64,000 nucleotides of DNA. It comes from Dicyema japonicum. Lineage: Eukaryota; Animalia; Dicyemida. Numbering within the stretch: the first letter of the stretch is position 1; each line of letters opens with the position of its first letter. Position numbers and translations under genes: made by a program. Of the stretch, positions 34,031 through 46,899 are shown piece after piece. The DNA lies in the NCBI GenBank assembly GCA_011109175.1, contig RDEW01000078.1, positions 9,239-73,238 of the forward strand. Direction: 5' to 3'. Under the pieces are notes generated by a model. The model did not search any database and was not told the origin of the DNA. It saw only the letters and a program-made list of their open reading frames with translations.

Positions 34031-35999
34031 CTGAAAATTCAGTTTTTTATCTGGTCTGCCATATTACATATTTAGAACTAAATCCTGAAAATTTACATAT
34101 AGTGCAATAGAAATTTTAGTCATTTTAAATTTTACAAAAAGTGTGTAGAATTTAATTGAAAAAAGCTTTTCTAGTGGACCACGCTAGATTTATAAATTTA
34201 ATAAAAATAGCTTTTTGTAAGCAGATCTATTAAAATAAATACATAAAAATAATAGTATTTAATTCTACGTCGATTTTATAAAAAATCTTTAATATCCATT
34301 TAAATTAGGAAAAAAGATCCTCAGCTAGTTCTCTGGGTTTTTACACACAAACTTCTTTAACTTTTTAATAGAACTTCTCCCCTTCATTGACTCGAACAGT
34401 AACTTAGCCTTTATCTTCCATCTGCATTGTGGGTGTATAAGCTGGACAAATTGACCCCTCTGTGTGACGGATCTCACTAATAAAGCAATTGATCCCACAA
34501 AAAATTATCAAATGTGTTTCTTTAGTAAAGTTAAAAAATTTCGCATATTAGATTTAGCCAAGATTGTTTTAATATAAAAATGAATTCTGAACCATTTCAA
34601 ACGTTCATATATCTCCCGCTTGTTGGGTCCAATCTCCCAAAGATTCAAAAATATTTTTCTTTTAAGTATATACTTCTCCGAAAAAATTACTCGATACGTC
34701 CTAAGGAAACCTCAAAACAATTTCGATTATTTGACATGGATCATTGATTATGTAAGCAAGTTACTAAAGATTTTGGAGGTCCTGGACTGACTAAAGATTA
34801 CTTAAAATCTTTATAAAGCTAATTAAGTTTATTTAAATTATTTAAAACACTGTATAGCTTATTAAACACCTCAGAATGCATGGATTTGTCAGTTACTCCA
34901 TAAAAAATCACATTTTTCAACCAAACATCTTCTAGAAGTAACGATTGTAACCAGACTGTACCCTTAGTATTACTTACAATTATAATGAATTTTAGTTATA
35001 TTATATCTCACTTTTGAAAAAGTTTTTTGACCACGTGCTTTTAGCTTTTTGTGGGACAATTTTATTTTGACTTAAAGTGCTTAGGAGACTTGAAATAAGT
35101 ATTTTATTATTGCATTTTAGAAGGAGAGTGTTTAAATAAGCAGTTTAATAAATCAAGTTTTGATTTTTTACCCACGTGGGCTATCTCCCATCTCCACTAT
35201 AGATGACTTCTCTGTACTCTTGGTCATTCAATTAATGTTCAGTCATTTAGCCGGTCAACCATATGTGCAAGCTGTCACTTTCCACAAGTTTTTTTTTCAT
35301 GCAAGGAAATAACTCTTTGAAAAGTTAATGAATTCGACAAGTAATTGGTTGGTCGACATTCTCACAATCGTGATCTAGATCAGTTTGAGTAGCCACTTGA
35401 TTCTGTAAACGTCATGCTTTGTCTTTGACTGAGTCAAAAAACTGTAAGAGAATGTCAGATAAGATAAACATAGATTTGTGCAAAAAATCATAGCTACACT
35501 GACAAAATCAAAATATGACTCTTAGATTATATACTTGAGGATCAGGCTATTAAAAAGGTGAATAACATTTTTAGAGATATAAGACAAAGCATGTTAGTGA
35601 GATAAGAAACACTAAAACTCCTCGAGAAGTTTACTTATCATGCGACTGTAATGGAGACATTTGAGGGATAAGTAGGATGAATTTTTGATGTAAGCCAACA
35701 CTCATAAGTCATGACGGTCGCGAAACCCACTTGCTTATTAGTATCTCAACATCACGTCAGTTAACTAGGATTAAGATTTAAAAACATGGCAATCGAAAGA
35801 GCTATCTTATCAATAAATTTTACCTGAAAGCTATTTCCAGTCACTCTCTTTTCTACGATGTCTTACTTTTCTGTCACTCGCATGTCTCGTATTTAGCAAA
35901 TTTTAATTTTACAATAATATGACTCACAGATTAATGATAGTCTTTCGCGTCAATATCCACTGTCTTTTGGCAGTTGGAGCTTGATTTATTTAATAATCC

Positions 36000-36297
36000 C
36001 AAATATATCAGATAAAGGCCTAAGGTCTAATTAAGGTATATCCAGTTTACAAGTCCTTTCCAAGCATCACCTCCATGTCTGGCATTGTGAAAACCCACCC
36101 AGTAGAGCAGCCAAGATATCCTTTTTGGATATCGGCTAGGCACAAGTCTCTCCTGAGACTGGGAGATCACATGACGACTCCTAGGAATAGAAGAATGCAC
36201 AGATCAGTAAGAAATCATTCAACCATACAGGTAGCAGTGTAGGAATTGAATCCAGGCTAACCACTACGCGATAACACTAACCACTACGCTACCTGGA
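36000..36297 (-). mobile_element. tRNA-derived SINE, family B
   Basis: Head GGTAGCGTAGTGGTTAG...GGATTCAATTCC, body gaatgatttcttactg...gtcgtcatgtgatc...caaaaggatatc...aactggatataccttaattaga. Confidence 0.8.
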
Positions 36298-36910
36298 GAA
36301 CGTGATTTGTTAATAATGTCTTGTTTATTAATAATAAGAAATTTAATATTTCAAATTACATACATAATTCTAATTATTATTCTAACTATTTGCTTCTTAC
36401 AACACCGACGGAGATCAACGGAGGAGCCACTGGGCTTTGAATGCAAACAGTTTCATGAAAAAAGACAGTGATTTCCCGCTTATGCCTCCAGTTGTCTCAA
36501 TAACAACAACGCGTTATTTAGTCCAGGAGATTATAAAGATTAAGAATAAGATTAATATGCAATACAAAATTATTTTTTTGGATGACATAAATCATGATTG
36601 ACCCCTCAAAGACACCAGTAACCATTAAGGTTATAATTTGTGTAAATTTGGTTGAATTGAGGGTCTGAATCTTAATATTGGAGTTAATCAGATCATCCCC
36701 TATAATGTTATCATCTTCATTTACATATCGTCATTCCAGTAAAATAGTTATTTTAATATAAATTGAATTATTAAAAACTTGGAACAAATGTCCTGATTGT
36801 GAATATAACGTTAGAACTATTGATTATAGGAATAACCAAGATAATGTTGCGGTTTTATCGTTGTATTTAATATTGTTTGCGACTTTATGGGATATAATTA
36901 CATAGAAGGA

Positions 36911-39086
36911 ATGGTTTGTTATTATCTGTAATAACGTAGAATGCATTAATGCTGATGATATGGATGCCCCTAATATATTCATACCAAATTCATTACACCA
37001 TCAAGGAGGAGTTACCCATTGGATATACTATTGGCAATTTCTGCAATGATCTGGCCATTAATTGCTCTGGTAGCAAGATTATATTAGACGCTGTATATTT
37101 TTTAGTAGACACTCAGGAAACATCAAGGTAACTGTCCAATTGTATTGCTTAAGATAAAATCGAGAATTGACTATGATTCTAAGCTTCCAAAATTTAAAGA
37201 TGATGAATTTCGATATGAAATAGATCTCTTTAAAGGATCTGAGACTATAATAGTAAACTTAATAGTGAAGGTATAATGGTCTTAATATAAAATAGGTCTT
37301 AACTATAAAATAGGTCTTGGATATAAATGATAATAGACCGAGGTTTAATAGTCGAGTAATATATTGGAATGTTAGTGACTTGAATATTGGACAACTTTAT
37401 CAATCCCTAAAGCCACAGATGCTGACAAATATGATACTATTCATTATATATTATTTGGAAACAATAATTTTATATTAATTGAAGATAATACAAACTTAAC
37501 TTTAAAATCACTTATAAATTTCAAACCCAACACTAAGATATCACTCAGAATTATTGCCATTGACAATTATACATTGGAACATCTCAATTACGTTGATATT
37601 AAAATTAACTACCCAATCCCCAAATACAACAATGTGACTGCAAAGGGAGATGTAGTATTCTCATGGAAGGGCAAATCCAATACTTTTGTTGTTAATAAGA
37701 CCACTTCATTACTGGGGACTTTAATTGCTACGACCAATGATACAATTTCATGTATTGCAAACTCACGTGCAATTAGTTTGAGTTTATCAGTAAAGAATGA
37801 ATATAATGTGTATGTGAATGACTATAATAGTGTGATTCCTGTCACAACTATTAATATTACATGTATTAAATTAACTGATGATGGCTGTCCTTATTCATGG
37901 GATAGAGGACAAGATGTTTACACAACAAACTTGACAGTATATTATTAATATTATTGTTAGATTATTTCTGAAAACATTTATAATACTGCCATGTATTTGA
38001 AGATATATGAAAATATGCCAATAAAAACATCCGTTGATATTGGAATTAATGAAATTGGGATATTGATACAATAATTTTATTTCAGGTTTTCATTGTATCA
38101 TATCAAAGAGTTTTTGACTATGAAAAAAAAAATCTATAAATATAATGTAGTATTTCAAAAAATACGCATTTACAAACAATTAATATACTTGATGCAAATA
38201 TACACCAATATTTACAAATCAACTATGGATATTATTTAATGATAAATTCTCCACCAGAACAACAATTATTCATATAAAGCAAAGATATTGATTCTGAAAT
38301 AAACTCCCAAGTCAAATATAGAATACATGCAATCAATGATTTGAGTATTATTGACTGTCCTTCAAAGAATAACACTGACAATTTATTCAAAATAGATTCA
38401 AACACAGGAATAGTTTATACAAATAAGAGAATAACCAAAGAAACAATATATAATGTTATCATTGAGGCTTATGACTCGGGACCACAACAACTATTCACTC
38501 AAACAAATTGTTTTATTAAAGTCATAAGTCTGAAGAAAATGTTTAAATATAACTATTTCGGATCGTTCGTAACTCCAGAAACTATCCTCGATACGAAAAT
38601 TATGAAGAATTCTGACGGAATCGTAAACACAGTTAGCTTCATCTCCAAAGAAATAACCGACATGAAATATTCCATTTCTACTGAATCTCAGAAATACTTT
38701 AAAATTGATCCCAACACCGGCTCTCTCTCGATTATTAAACTACCACTAAATTATGAACTTGAGATTCAGTTTTCGTCACAAAAATACCCAACATTTAAAT
38801 ATAACTTTATCATACGTTTTCAACCAACGAACTTATCCATCCAAAAACAACAAAACAAATAATTCCTCCCCAACACTGAAACTAATCCCTATGTTACAAA
38901 ATGGGGATATATTTGATTGTATTTTTCAGTGTGTCAATTGCTTTCGTAATGGTTGTTGTTATGAGAAATTATTGCAAAAAGTCAGATAAAATAAAAAATC
39001 AAACAATATATGAAAATAATTCAGCCTATGTTTCTTACGTAAACTACGAAAATATGGCTGTGGATTCGTCAAACGCTAATTTATAG
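36911..39086 (+). pseudogene. Second protocadherin-like paralog, frameshifted (pseudogene or consensus errors)
   Basis: Same four intron positions as 21253-23584: 36914-36939, 37128-37153, 37271-37313, 37937-37960. Exon 3 is 117 nt in both. Single-base deletions occur near 37113 and 37390, many deletions at about 38040-38290, and shifts before the TM (GIYLIVFFSVSIAFVMVVVM). Confidence 0.85.
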
Positions 39087-39174
39087 ATTTATTCACTGCT
39101 TTAACATTTATTTTTATTGATATCTATTAGTTATCTCAAAACTCATGCATCAGACTAAATAAAAATAGTATATA

Positions 39175-39480
39175 GATGGTTGGTAGTTATGATGTCTTGT
39201 CATTAACAACGTTCGATTCCCCAAATTGACGACTTTTTTGGTGATTTTCTTTCCTCTCCTTGCTCTACTAGAGTGTAGTTATGTAATATATCGATCTTTG
39301 ATGCCGTTCACTCCAGAATGGCACGAAAAAAGGATCATTTTATCTCCCTATCTACTCAGTGTTTTTTCACAACTGTAATGACTGACGTTATCTTTTTTTT
39401 CTGATGGTTGTATAATAGTGGTCTTTGATTCTGCGACTGTGGAAACTGGTTGAATTTAATTAGTTGAAACTATTAATTTT
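39175..39480 (+). mobile_element. tRNA-derived SINE, family B
   Basis: B-box-like GTTCGATTCCCC, then ggcacgaaaaaaggatcatttt...gaaactggttgaatttaattag. Confidence 0.65.
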
Positions 39481-39549
39481 TCTCGGTGTATCCAGGATTT
39501 TTTTAAATTATAAAGGAACTATTAAATAATATTAAAAGACTGTCTAACC

Positions 39550-40902
39550 CAGTGGTTCCCAACCTTTTTGAGAGCACGGAACCCTATCGACATTTTTTAT
39601 TTTATACGGAACCCTTATATATTTTTTCTAACAATTATCAGTATTTCACTAATATAAAAAAATAAAATGCTAGTTAGTGAGATGGTTAATGTCGCTTGCA
39701 TAGCTTTGTAATCTTTGGCCTCGTCCTTGACAGGGTTAAACGTAGGTCTTCCTCCACATACAGTGAGTTCGCGTGTTTTTTATGCTTATATTTGTTAATG
39801 CAGATAAATCCACTTTCACAGAGATAAGTCGTTGAAAACTGGACCAATACTCTTAAAGCTTTGTTTGCCAGAATAGGATATTCTTTTTTTACAATCAGCC
39901 AAAACGAATCAATATCAAGCTGTACATATTCCATTTTTAACGTTCTGTCACTTGAAACAAACGCAAGTTCTTCCTTTTTAATGATAGCTCGTTTCCAAGT
40001 TATTTCGTACTCAGCAATAGGATTCCACACTCAACTAAAATGGGTGGAAAATAATTATTCGTACATGAAAAAACCAATGCGTGTGAATAATGTTCGGATT
40101 CTTATTTTTCGCAATAGAAACAAAGCCTTTAAATTGCCATTTGAAAATAGCGGCGTGACGCCATGTGGTGCTTCGTGGCTAATTGATTGAAGTTTTTGTT
40201 TTGTTCGTCTGTTCCTCCTCTTTCTTCCTATTAGAGTGGCGTCATGTGATCCACCTGTCTAGGTGGCGCCCAGTGCCAGGCCGGCACAAAAAAAGGATCA
40301 TTTGCTCACCCCCATTCCACTGGAGGGGTTTCCACAACTGCAACTATGGACGTCGTTTACCCTTTATGTTGATTCCGGATAGACTTTTTCTGTAGAAGTG
40401 GACTGGAACATTTAATTAGTTGTTTACTTTAACTTCTTTCTCGGTTAATAAATTAAATTTAAATTGCCAGTCATTGCTGGAACACCATCAGTACAGATAC
40501 CCACACATGCATTCCAATCAATCTTTATATCCTCAAAATATGAATTTATAAGATTGAAAATGTCTTCGAGCAACTCTTTGCAGCAAAAAAATCTTCAACA
40601 ATGAATTCATCGTTCATTTATCGAACGAAAACAAGGAGTTGCATTCTTTCTGTAATATTTGAGCTTTCATCCACTTGAAGCGCAAAAAACACAGATTTTT
40701 TTATTCGCCGAACCAAAGTGGCTTCAATGTAATTAGACATATCCTTGATGCGTCTGCTCACAGAATTATTAGAAATAGGAATTAAGTCGAGCTCAGCGGC
40801 GGCAAAATAATTCGTTTTGAAAAATCATTCTTTGAAAAAAGAATTAAAAAAATTTTAACTTCGCGGAACCTAGAACTTCGCGGAACCAGGTTGGGAACTC
40901 TG
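39550..40902 (-). mobile_element. hAT transposon (Buster/Charlie type), internally deleted, with intact ends
   Basis: TIRs CAGTGGTTCCCAACCT and AGGTTGGGAACTCTG, with a perfect 8-bp TSD gtctaacc (39542-39549 and 40903-40910; central TA). Transposase remnants: ISNNSVSRRI, FALQVDES, GICTDGVPAMTG, FW..VK.EYP.LA..AL..L..FSTTYLCESGF. Confidence 0.92.
40160..40450 (+). mobile_element. SINE family B nested inside the hAT element
   Basis: Interrupts the transposase remnants. Core gcgtcatgtgatccacc...caaaaaaaggatcattt...ggaggggtttccacaactgcaa. Confidence 0.7.
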
Positions 40903-40910
40903 GTCTAACC

Positions 40911-41200
40911 CTTCTCTCGAGGGAAACACTTGACTTGGGATGGGGCCTGTACCGACACCTTTTCCCAGTCGAGACTTGCTGGTTCCGCGTTCAGAGCTGG
41001 TGAGGCTGTTCGGACTTTCGAGAATTTCAAGATAAAAAAATATGACAGAGATACCACGTTCAGCCCATTGTTGTCGAGACGAGTTAATCATCCTGCCATG
41101 ACCCTTTCTTTTTAATATCGCTTTGGTCAATGATTTCGAAAGTTAGTAATGGCGTTGGGAAACCGAATGGTCGTTCCAAAAGATTTCTCTGTTAAAAAGA
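40911..41200 (+). mobile_element. CRE-like RLE fragment
   Basis: PFSRGKHLTWDGACTDTFSQS...KIKKY...ETEWSFQKISL. Confidence 0.7.
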
Positions 41201-42224
41201 TGTCAGGGGAAAAGCCGTCGCATTTTATCAGCTAAATTATTTTAATTGTCTTGTTTCGTAATAAATTGTTTTCTCCCTTAAACTATTAAAAGATATACAG
41301 AATGAGTATTTAGTTGAATAGTTAAAACAAAATTAGTTTAAATCCAGTTTTTTTCAGTTATTGAACTGGCCCTATATAAATTATAAAACTTTAAAAACAA
41401 TGCGAATTAGTAGATGGTACCTACAATCTTAGAAACTTTCGAGAGTTAAGAATTCTACTTACGGAAGTCACTTAGCTTTTTTTCGCTTATCAAATTAAGC
41501 CTGAGTTGGTTGAAAGGGACCAGAAAATTTTTTAATGAAAAATTAAATCATTCTTAGACCGATTGAACTTAGTTTATTAAAATAAAATTAACGAGTTCAA
41601 ATTATCAAGTGCTCAAAAAATGACACTAAAGTTAGTGCGAACCTCTTTATTTCTTTTTAATTCTTGTTGACGGACATATAAAATGAAAGAAGCCTTTTTC
41701 ATGTATTCTATTACATTACGATAATTTTTGAGACATGGTAATGTTTTAGTTAAGATCTGAGATAATACTTTCTCCATTATTAAATTCAATTCAGTCATTC
41801 GTGAAATACTATCAAGCAGAAATACAACTTTTAGTCATCAATATCAGATACCAACAGATCAGATGTTCATTTATAATATCGACTTTACATGCAACCGGAA
41901 AGAAGCAAATAGTTTACGACTAATTAAGTGTATACAGTTCCCAATGTTATAGTCACAAATACACAACTCCCTTAGGAGCCACATTTGTGTGAACCCCTCC
42001 AGAGATGACCAAGTTAAATGGGAAGAGAAGAGTGATCTCTTTCGATGCCTGAAGTCCTAAAACTGAGTGCTTCTCGACACTGGTGGAATTATGAGGCGAC
42101 GCTAATGAAGTGAAGAAACTGAAAATATGACAAGAATTTACGATCACATAGTGAATTAGAGAATTTCAACACACAGACCATAGTCATATGAATAGAAAAC
42201 TCACAAGCTCTTATTCTTCCATCT

Positions 42225-42720
42225 CCAGAAGGACTCTGGAGTAGGTTGCAAAAGGCAAACGTGTCGGTGCAGGTGATGTCCCAGACAAGGGTGTAGGCTA
42301 GATGACACTAGCAAATCTTCGAAAGAATTCCAGCAATAGCATTGTCCAGGGCTCACTGAGAACGAGGAATGCAGGGAAAGCTAATAACCACGGCTCTAGA
42401 CTTCACGAGCATGGCCGCCGTCTTTGTCAACAGAGAATTCAGGTAGAAGTGTAGAATCCTCTTAACAGGATGTTACAGGACATTGGCGACGATAGCTATG
42501 CAGGGAGAGAAAAGTCTACTGGGTTGCGAATTTCAAGCCCTCCGAGTCTTACTGGCAGCGTGGTTTGCTTCCATGAGTAATCCTTGAACCAGACGTTGAA
42601 GATATGCTCCGCTGTCGTACGAATGATCCCGTTATCTGTGCGACTTGGTCACACAGGGTGAAATAGAGAGTAGTCTTCAAGACATATGCAAGCCTCTGTA
42701 CTTTTATAAACACCACTTGA
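42225..42720 (-). mobile_element. CRE-like RT C-terminal fragment
   Basis: SWKQTTLPVRLGGLEIRN..D.SLPA and LVWDITCTDTFA. Confidence 0.7.
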
Positions 42721-44211
42721 GCCACTTAAATTTGGAATGCTTTGTAGGAGTTAACATGCAGGCGGTAACAATCAAAAAACGATGGAAAGCGTTTCGAACG
42801 GTCACATTTGCATGTCGGAGTACAAGTCGAAATGAAAGTGGAATTTGATGTTAACTAACGATTAACTATTGTTGTTAGTTTACAAATAAAATTTGATTGT
42901 GTGAAAGAATTACATTATTGATTGTATTTCATAATAAAATTTTAAATTAATTTACTTAAAATTACTTTGATGTGGTTGATAAATTCTCAATGATTTATGA
43001 CAATAATTAACTATAGGTTCTTATCAATCGATGTGTCAATACGAACGTACATTCAGTAGTTGTTCTAACGGAAGAGAATTGAGAGAATCCTCGTTGGGCA
43101 CAGACATGACATCGAAACTTGGGAAATTTACTCTCTGCAACTAACTGAAATATTAATCTGAGAGAAATCAAAGAAGACTTTTATATAAAAAAGAGATCAC
43201 AACAATGCAAATCGGGAGATTAAAAGACCCTAGTATACTTTATCAGCGGATGGAGAGGAAGGATATTCCGAAGATCGATGGAAACTTTCGAACAAACTGT
43301 GTCTTGACCCTATAACTCCAGTGAATTTTTCAATGTAATGTATTTAAAGGAAGAATCCACGAAATTCCGAGGAAGGCTAAGAATAACCTTTCTGGGTGTT
43401 CTCAACGCCAACCTAACAAAAATCATTGGTATCTCATCACAGAAGAAGGTAAACAACTAATTAAGTGTATCTTGACTAAATTCGTGGAAATACAAGTATT
43501 CCCAAACACAGTCAATTCAGATCACAGCTGCGGGAATCACTGAATTTTCCAGTGAAGTGGAGAGTAACCTTTTTGATGCTGTCCGATCACTGGAAATATA
43601 GATATAATCATATTAACTATCATAACATACATCATATTAACTATTATGTCAGATGATCCCCCTAGTTTTTAGAATTTCATTGGATCTTATTTTATCGGAC
43701 ACTTCAATCGTACATTGTACATGAATATCTGAAAAAATTCAGCGGTTTCAGATATCGTTAATTATTCAATCAATTATGCCAAACAACAATGAAAAATATT
43801 AAAAAGCATTATCAACCTTCATAGAAAATCAATTAACCATAAAATTTTACAGTAACTGACAAAACAAAAATCATAAAAAGCGATATGTGGTTATTATAAT
43901 AAAAAAATTCATTTCAATAAAAAATAAAATTATTCCAAAAACCAGGGTAAAATCAAAATAACAACTCATTGATCCTGAAGCGATCCAACAATCTCAGAAC
44001 TTGCCTCCAGGCAACGAAATTATTTCCGGTGGAAAGAATTGCTAGTACTTTTCAATGCTGGCCATGCATTAGACGTCTCATTCGTAAGGTGGATCCAATG
44101 ACGCCATCAGAGAAAAGGAAGATAATTTTTAAATTAATTATCCACATAGGACAACATGACGGCACGTGGCTTTATGTTTTCCAATGAAATGCGTATTAAA
44201 AATGATTCAAT

Positions 44212-45150
44212 AATTATTATTATTATTTAAGCCAAAGAAACACCGTCTTAACTAATAACTAATATTCAAGAGAATTCGGTTGTTTGTGCTTTTCGTGATA
44301 AGAATGTTTAGTGACCTGATTCGATTACTGACCTCTCGTGAACGATGTATCATTCTCTTAAGGTTGTTTCTTTCCATAATTATTTTTTTTTTGAATCGTA
44401 TTTCAATTTTTCGTTTTTTGTATATGCTTTTCTGATAAAAATATTTATCGCGTCAATGATTGTTTTGTTGAAATAGTATACAGCTTTGTTTATGGAGGAG
44501 AAATTTTCTGGGTGGAAATGTTGCAGTTTTGAATCAACGAAATTTGTAAAGCCAGTCCAATTTGCATTTATGTAAACATAGAAATGAATAGGTTTCGGTA
44601 CAAAGCGTGGCTCGCAGTTCAGCTTCATTATCAATAAATGGTGGTCGCTCCGAGGTCATAAGGGACCATCCAATTAATGATCGGGGAAAAACGAGGTGAG
44701 CAGACGGATAAGTCCGGAGATGTCACAATGTCCACATATTGTATGGTGTCCTAGTGTTCTTTTTCGGGTTGTTGATGATTATTAAGTTTCGCATTTAGGA
44801 TAATAGCAGGTTTTCTCTGTTATCAGCTTGACTCCAAGGACAGTGGGGGACCTTGTCATTGGGATCCGAGTGGGACCAATAAAGATACTCGGTTCATCCT
44901 TAGAACGACGGTCCGAAGTGAAAGTGAAACAGATTTACTTGGTTGCAGAAATTGTAAGTCGATTTCCAACAATCCAATCGTGGAGAGTGTTCAATTTTGC
45001 CTGAGTTTTAAAGGATGCGACTTGTGTCGAGCGGTTCCGTATTGCAATGACTACATCGTCTGCGTAGGATAATAGCAGGGAATTTTCGTCTCCATTATTA
45101 GGTAGGTCGTGTAGGAATAGGTGAATAGAACTGGTGAAAGTTATAATATT
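44212..45150 (-). mobile_element. Jockey/I-like LINE fragments (RT piece and endonuclease C-terminus/linker)
   Basis: LFLHDLPNNGDENSLLLSYADDVVIA (about 45140-44810), DL.SDHHLLIMK and ANWTGF...I..AINIFI (ORF 44380-44634). A (TAA)n tail lies at about 44212-44228. Confidence 0.75.
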
Positions 45151-45179
45151 ATTATTAATAGCACTTTCGAAAAACCAAA

Positions 45180-46350
45180 AATGTAATTTATTTATTTAAG
45201 GTTCCGCTTGTGCCGTTTTTTCTTCAGGTTATTTTATCTTCCACAATTCTCTTGACTAACTTCCTCCATGCTCCGCGGTTACAGGCAGTTATTCCGAGCG
45301 TATCCAGATCATCTCCAGTTTTCAGCTTTCGTCCTACATTGGTCAGGTCCTTGTGTAGAACCTCTGGCAAAGTTATGCGAGGTTTTCCACGGAACGAGGT
45401 ACTATACTTCTGGGCAGAAATAGTTATCCATTGCTATTTTAGCAGGCGTCATCTGGCTCATTCGAAGGATGTGACCAAACAGACGCCATCTTGATTCCAG
45501 GATATCCAGACTCAATGGTCTTGTATTACATACTTTGTATAGATTCTTGATGTATTTTTTTGGCCAGTTGATGCCAAGCAACAGTCGGAGTTGTTTACGA
45601 TGGAAGGCATCTAGTTTGTCCATTACCGCTTCTGAGACACCCCAGGTTGCAGCGTTGTACATTAGGACTGGTTTCACGAAGGCATTGTATAGTCTCACAC
45701 GTAATTGTGTGCTAATTTGTTTACGATTATTCCAGACTACTCCCATTTTTCTAAAGGCCGCGACGGCCAACATCTTCCTGTTAGTGATATCCTCAGCGTC
45801 TCCGAGCAACGACCCCAATTTTTTACAGTATCTCCATTTTTCATCAGTTCGGGTAGTTCACGGCGTATGGTAGTTGTCTCTGTCTTTTCCGTATTGATTT
45901 TGATGAACCATTTTTCTACGACATCTGGCATCTTTGTCCGTATATAGTTTAATGTTTTCTCGTTGCTGGATATATAGTCGATATCATCTGCATAAATCAC
46001 TTCAGTTTGAGGTAGATCGCCAATTAATAGTCTGAAGTCTCTGAGTGCCGCCTCCAGATATGTCACAAAAAGTACCGATGACAAGGAATCTCCCTGCGGT
46101 ACCCCGAACGTTGTCTCGAATGGGACAGACTCCAAATTTCCAAAACGTACACTTAGATGCGTTGTTCCAAGTAATAGGCGGATCATTCTGACACTGTCCT
46201 CGTCAACCAACTTCTCCAAGATATTCAAAAGTCTCCCTCTGTGTATAGAGTCAAAGGTGAAAGATCCCGCTAATAGTGAAAGATCCCGAAGAAAAGCACG
46301 AAAAAGACATGTGTGCAATAGAGCCACGTCACCAGCTCAACCAAAATGTT
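45180..46350 (-). mobile_element. RTE-like LINE, 5'-truncated RT with 3' end
   Basis: GVPQGDSLSSVLF, YADD, RLYNAFVKPVLMY...W, RWRLFGHILRM (ORFs 45737-46327 and 45402-45818). Confidence 0.9.
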
Positions 46351-46899
46351 ATAATGTAATAATAAAAATATTGATTGAACTTATTTTTGCCCTTGGTCTT
46401 TGGAATAATTTTTATTTATTTATTTTAAAAATTATTTTATTTTATGGTCAACATATTATTATAATAAAAGTTTTTGCTGCCACGTTGTACCACATTCTAG
46501 TGGTCGAAATTTCTCTATTACATTGTTTTCTATTGACTGCAGATGTTCTTCATTTATTAATTTATCTTCAAATGTATTTAAATCAGCCTATAGTGTGGTG
46601 AGCTGTTATCAAGATGTTGGAAATATTTTGGTGACCACAAATAAGATTTTTCTTTTCTGCACTATTGACTGATTTGATTATTATTTCTTTATTGGAAGAG
46701 AAAATATATTTCTCGAGGCATTTACTCACTGAAGATGAAGCCTGTTGATTCATCCGGCAAAAAAATTTTATTTTTTCATTTATTTTTACAGTACGAAAAC
46801 CTTGTTGGAATCCTTGTTTGATGGAGATACGATTAAACGATCAAGTTCACAAGTTCTTTAATAATTTTTTATAGCGTACATGTGATGGAGATAGCATAT

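Noticed and set aside
46257-46601. Hydrophobic 114-aa ORF, and ORFs 1345-1542 and 43969-44187, as membrane-protein genes
   Set aside because: They span a LINE junction or AT-rich duplicated DNA, and the frames are not preserved between the two duplicate copies.
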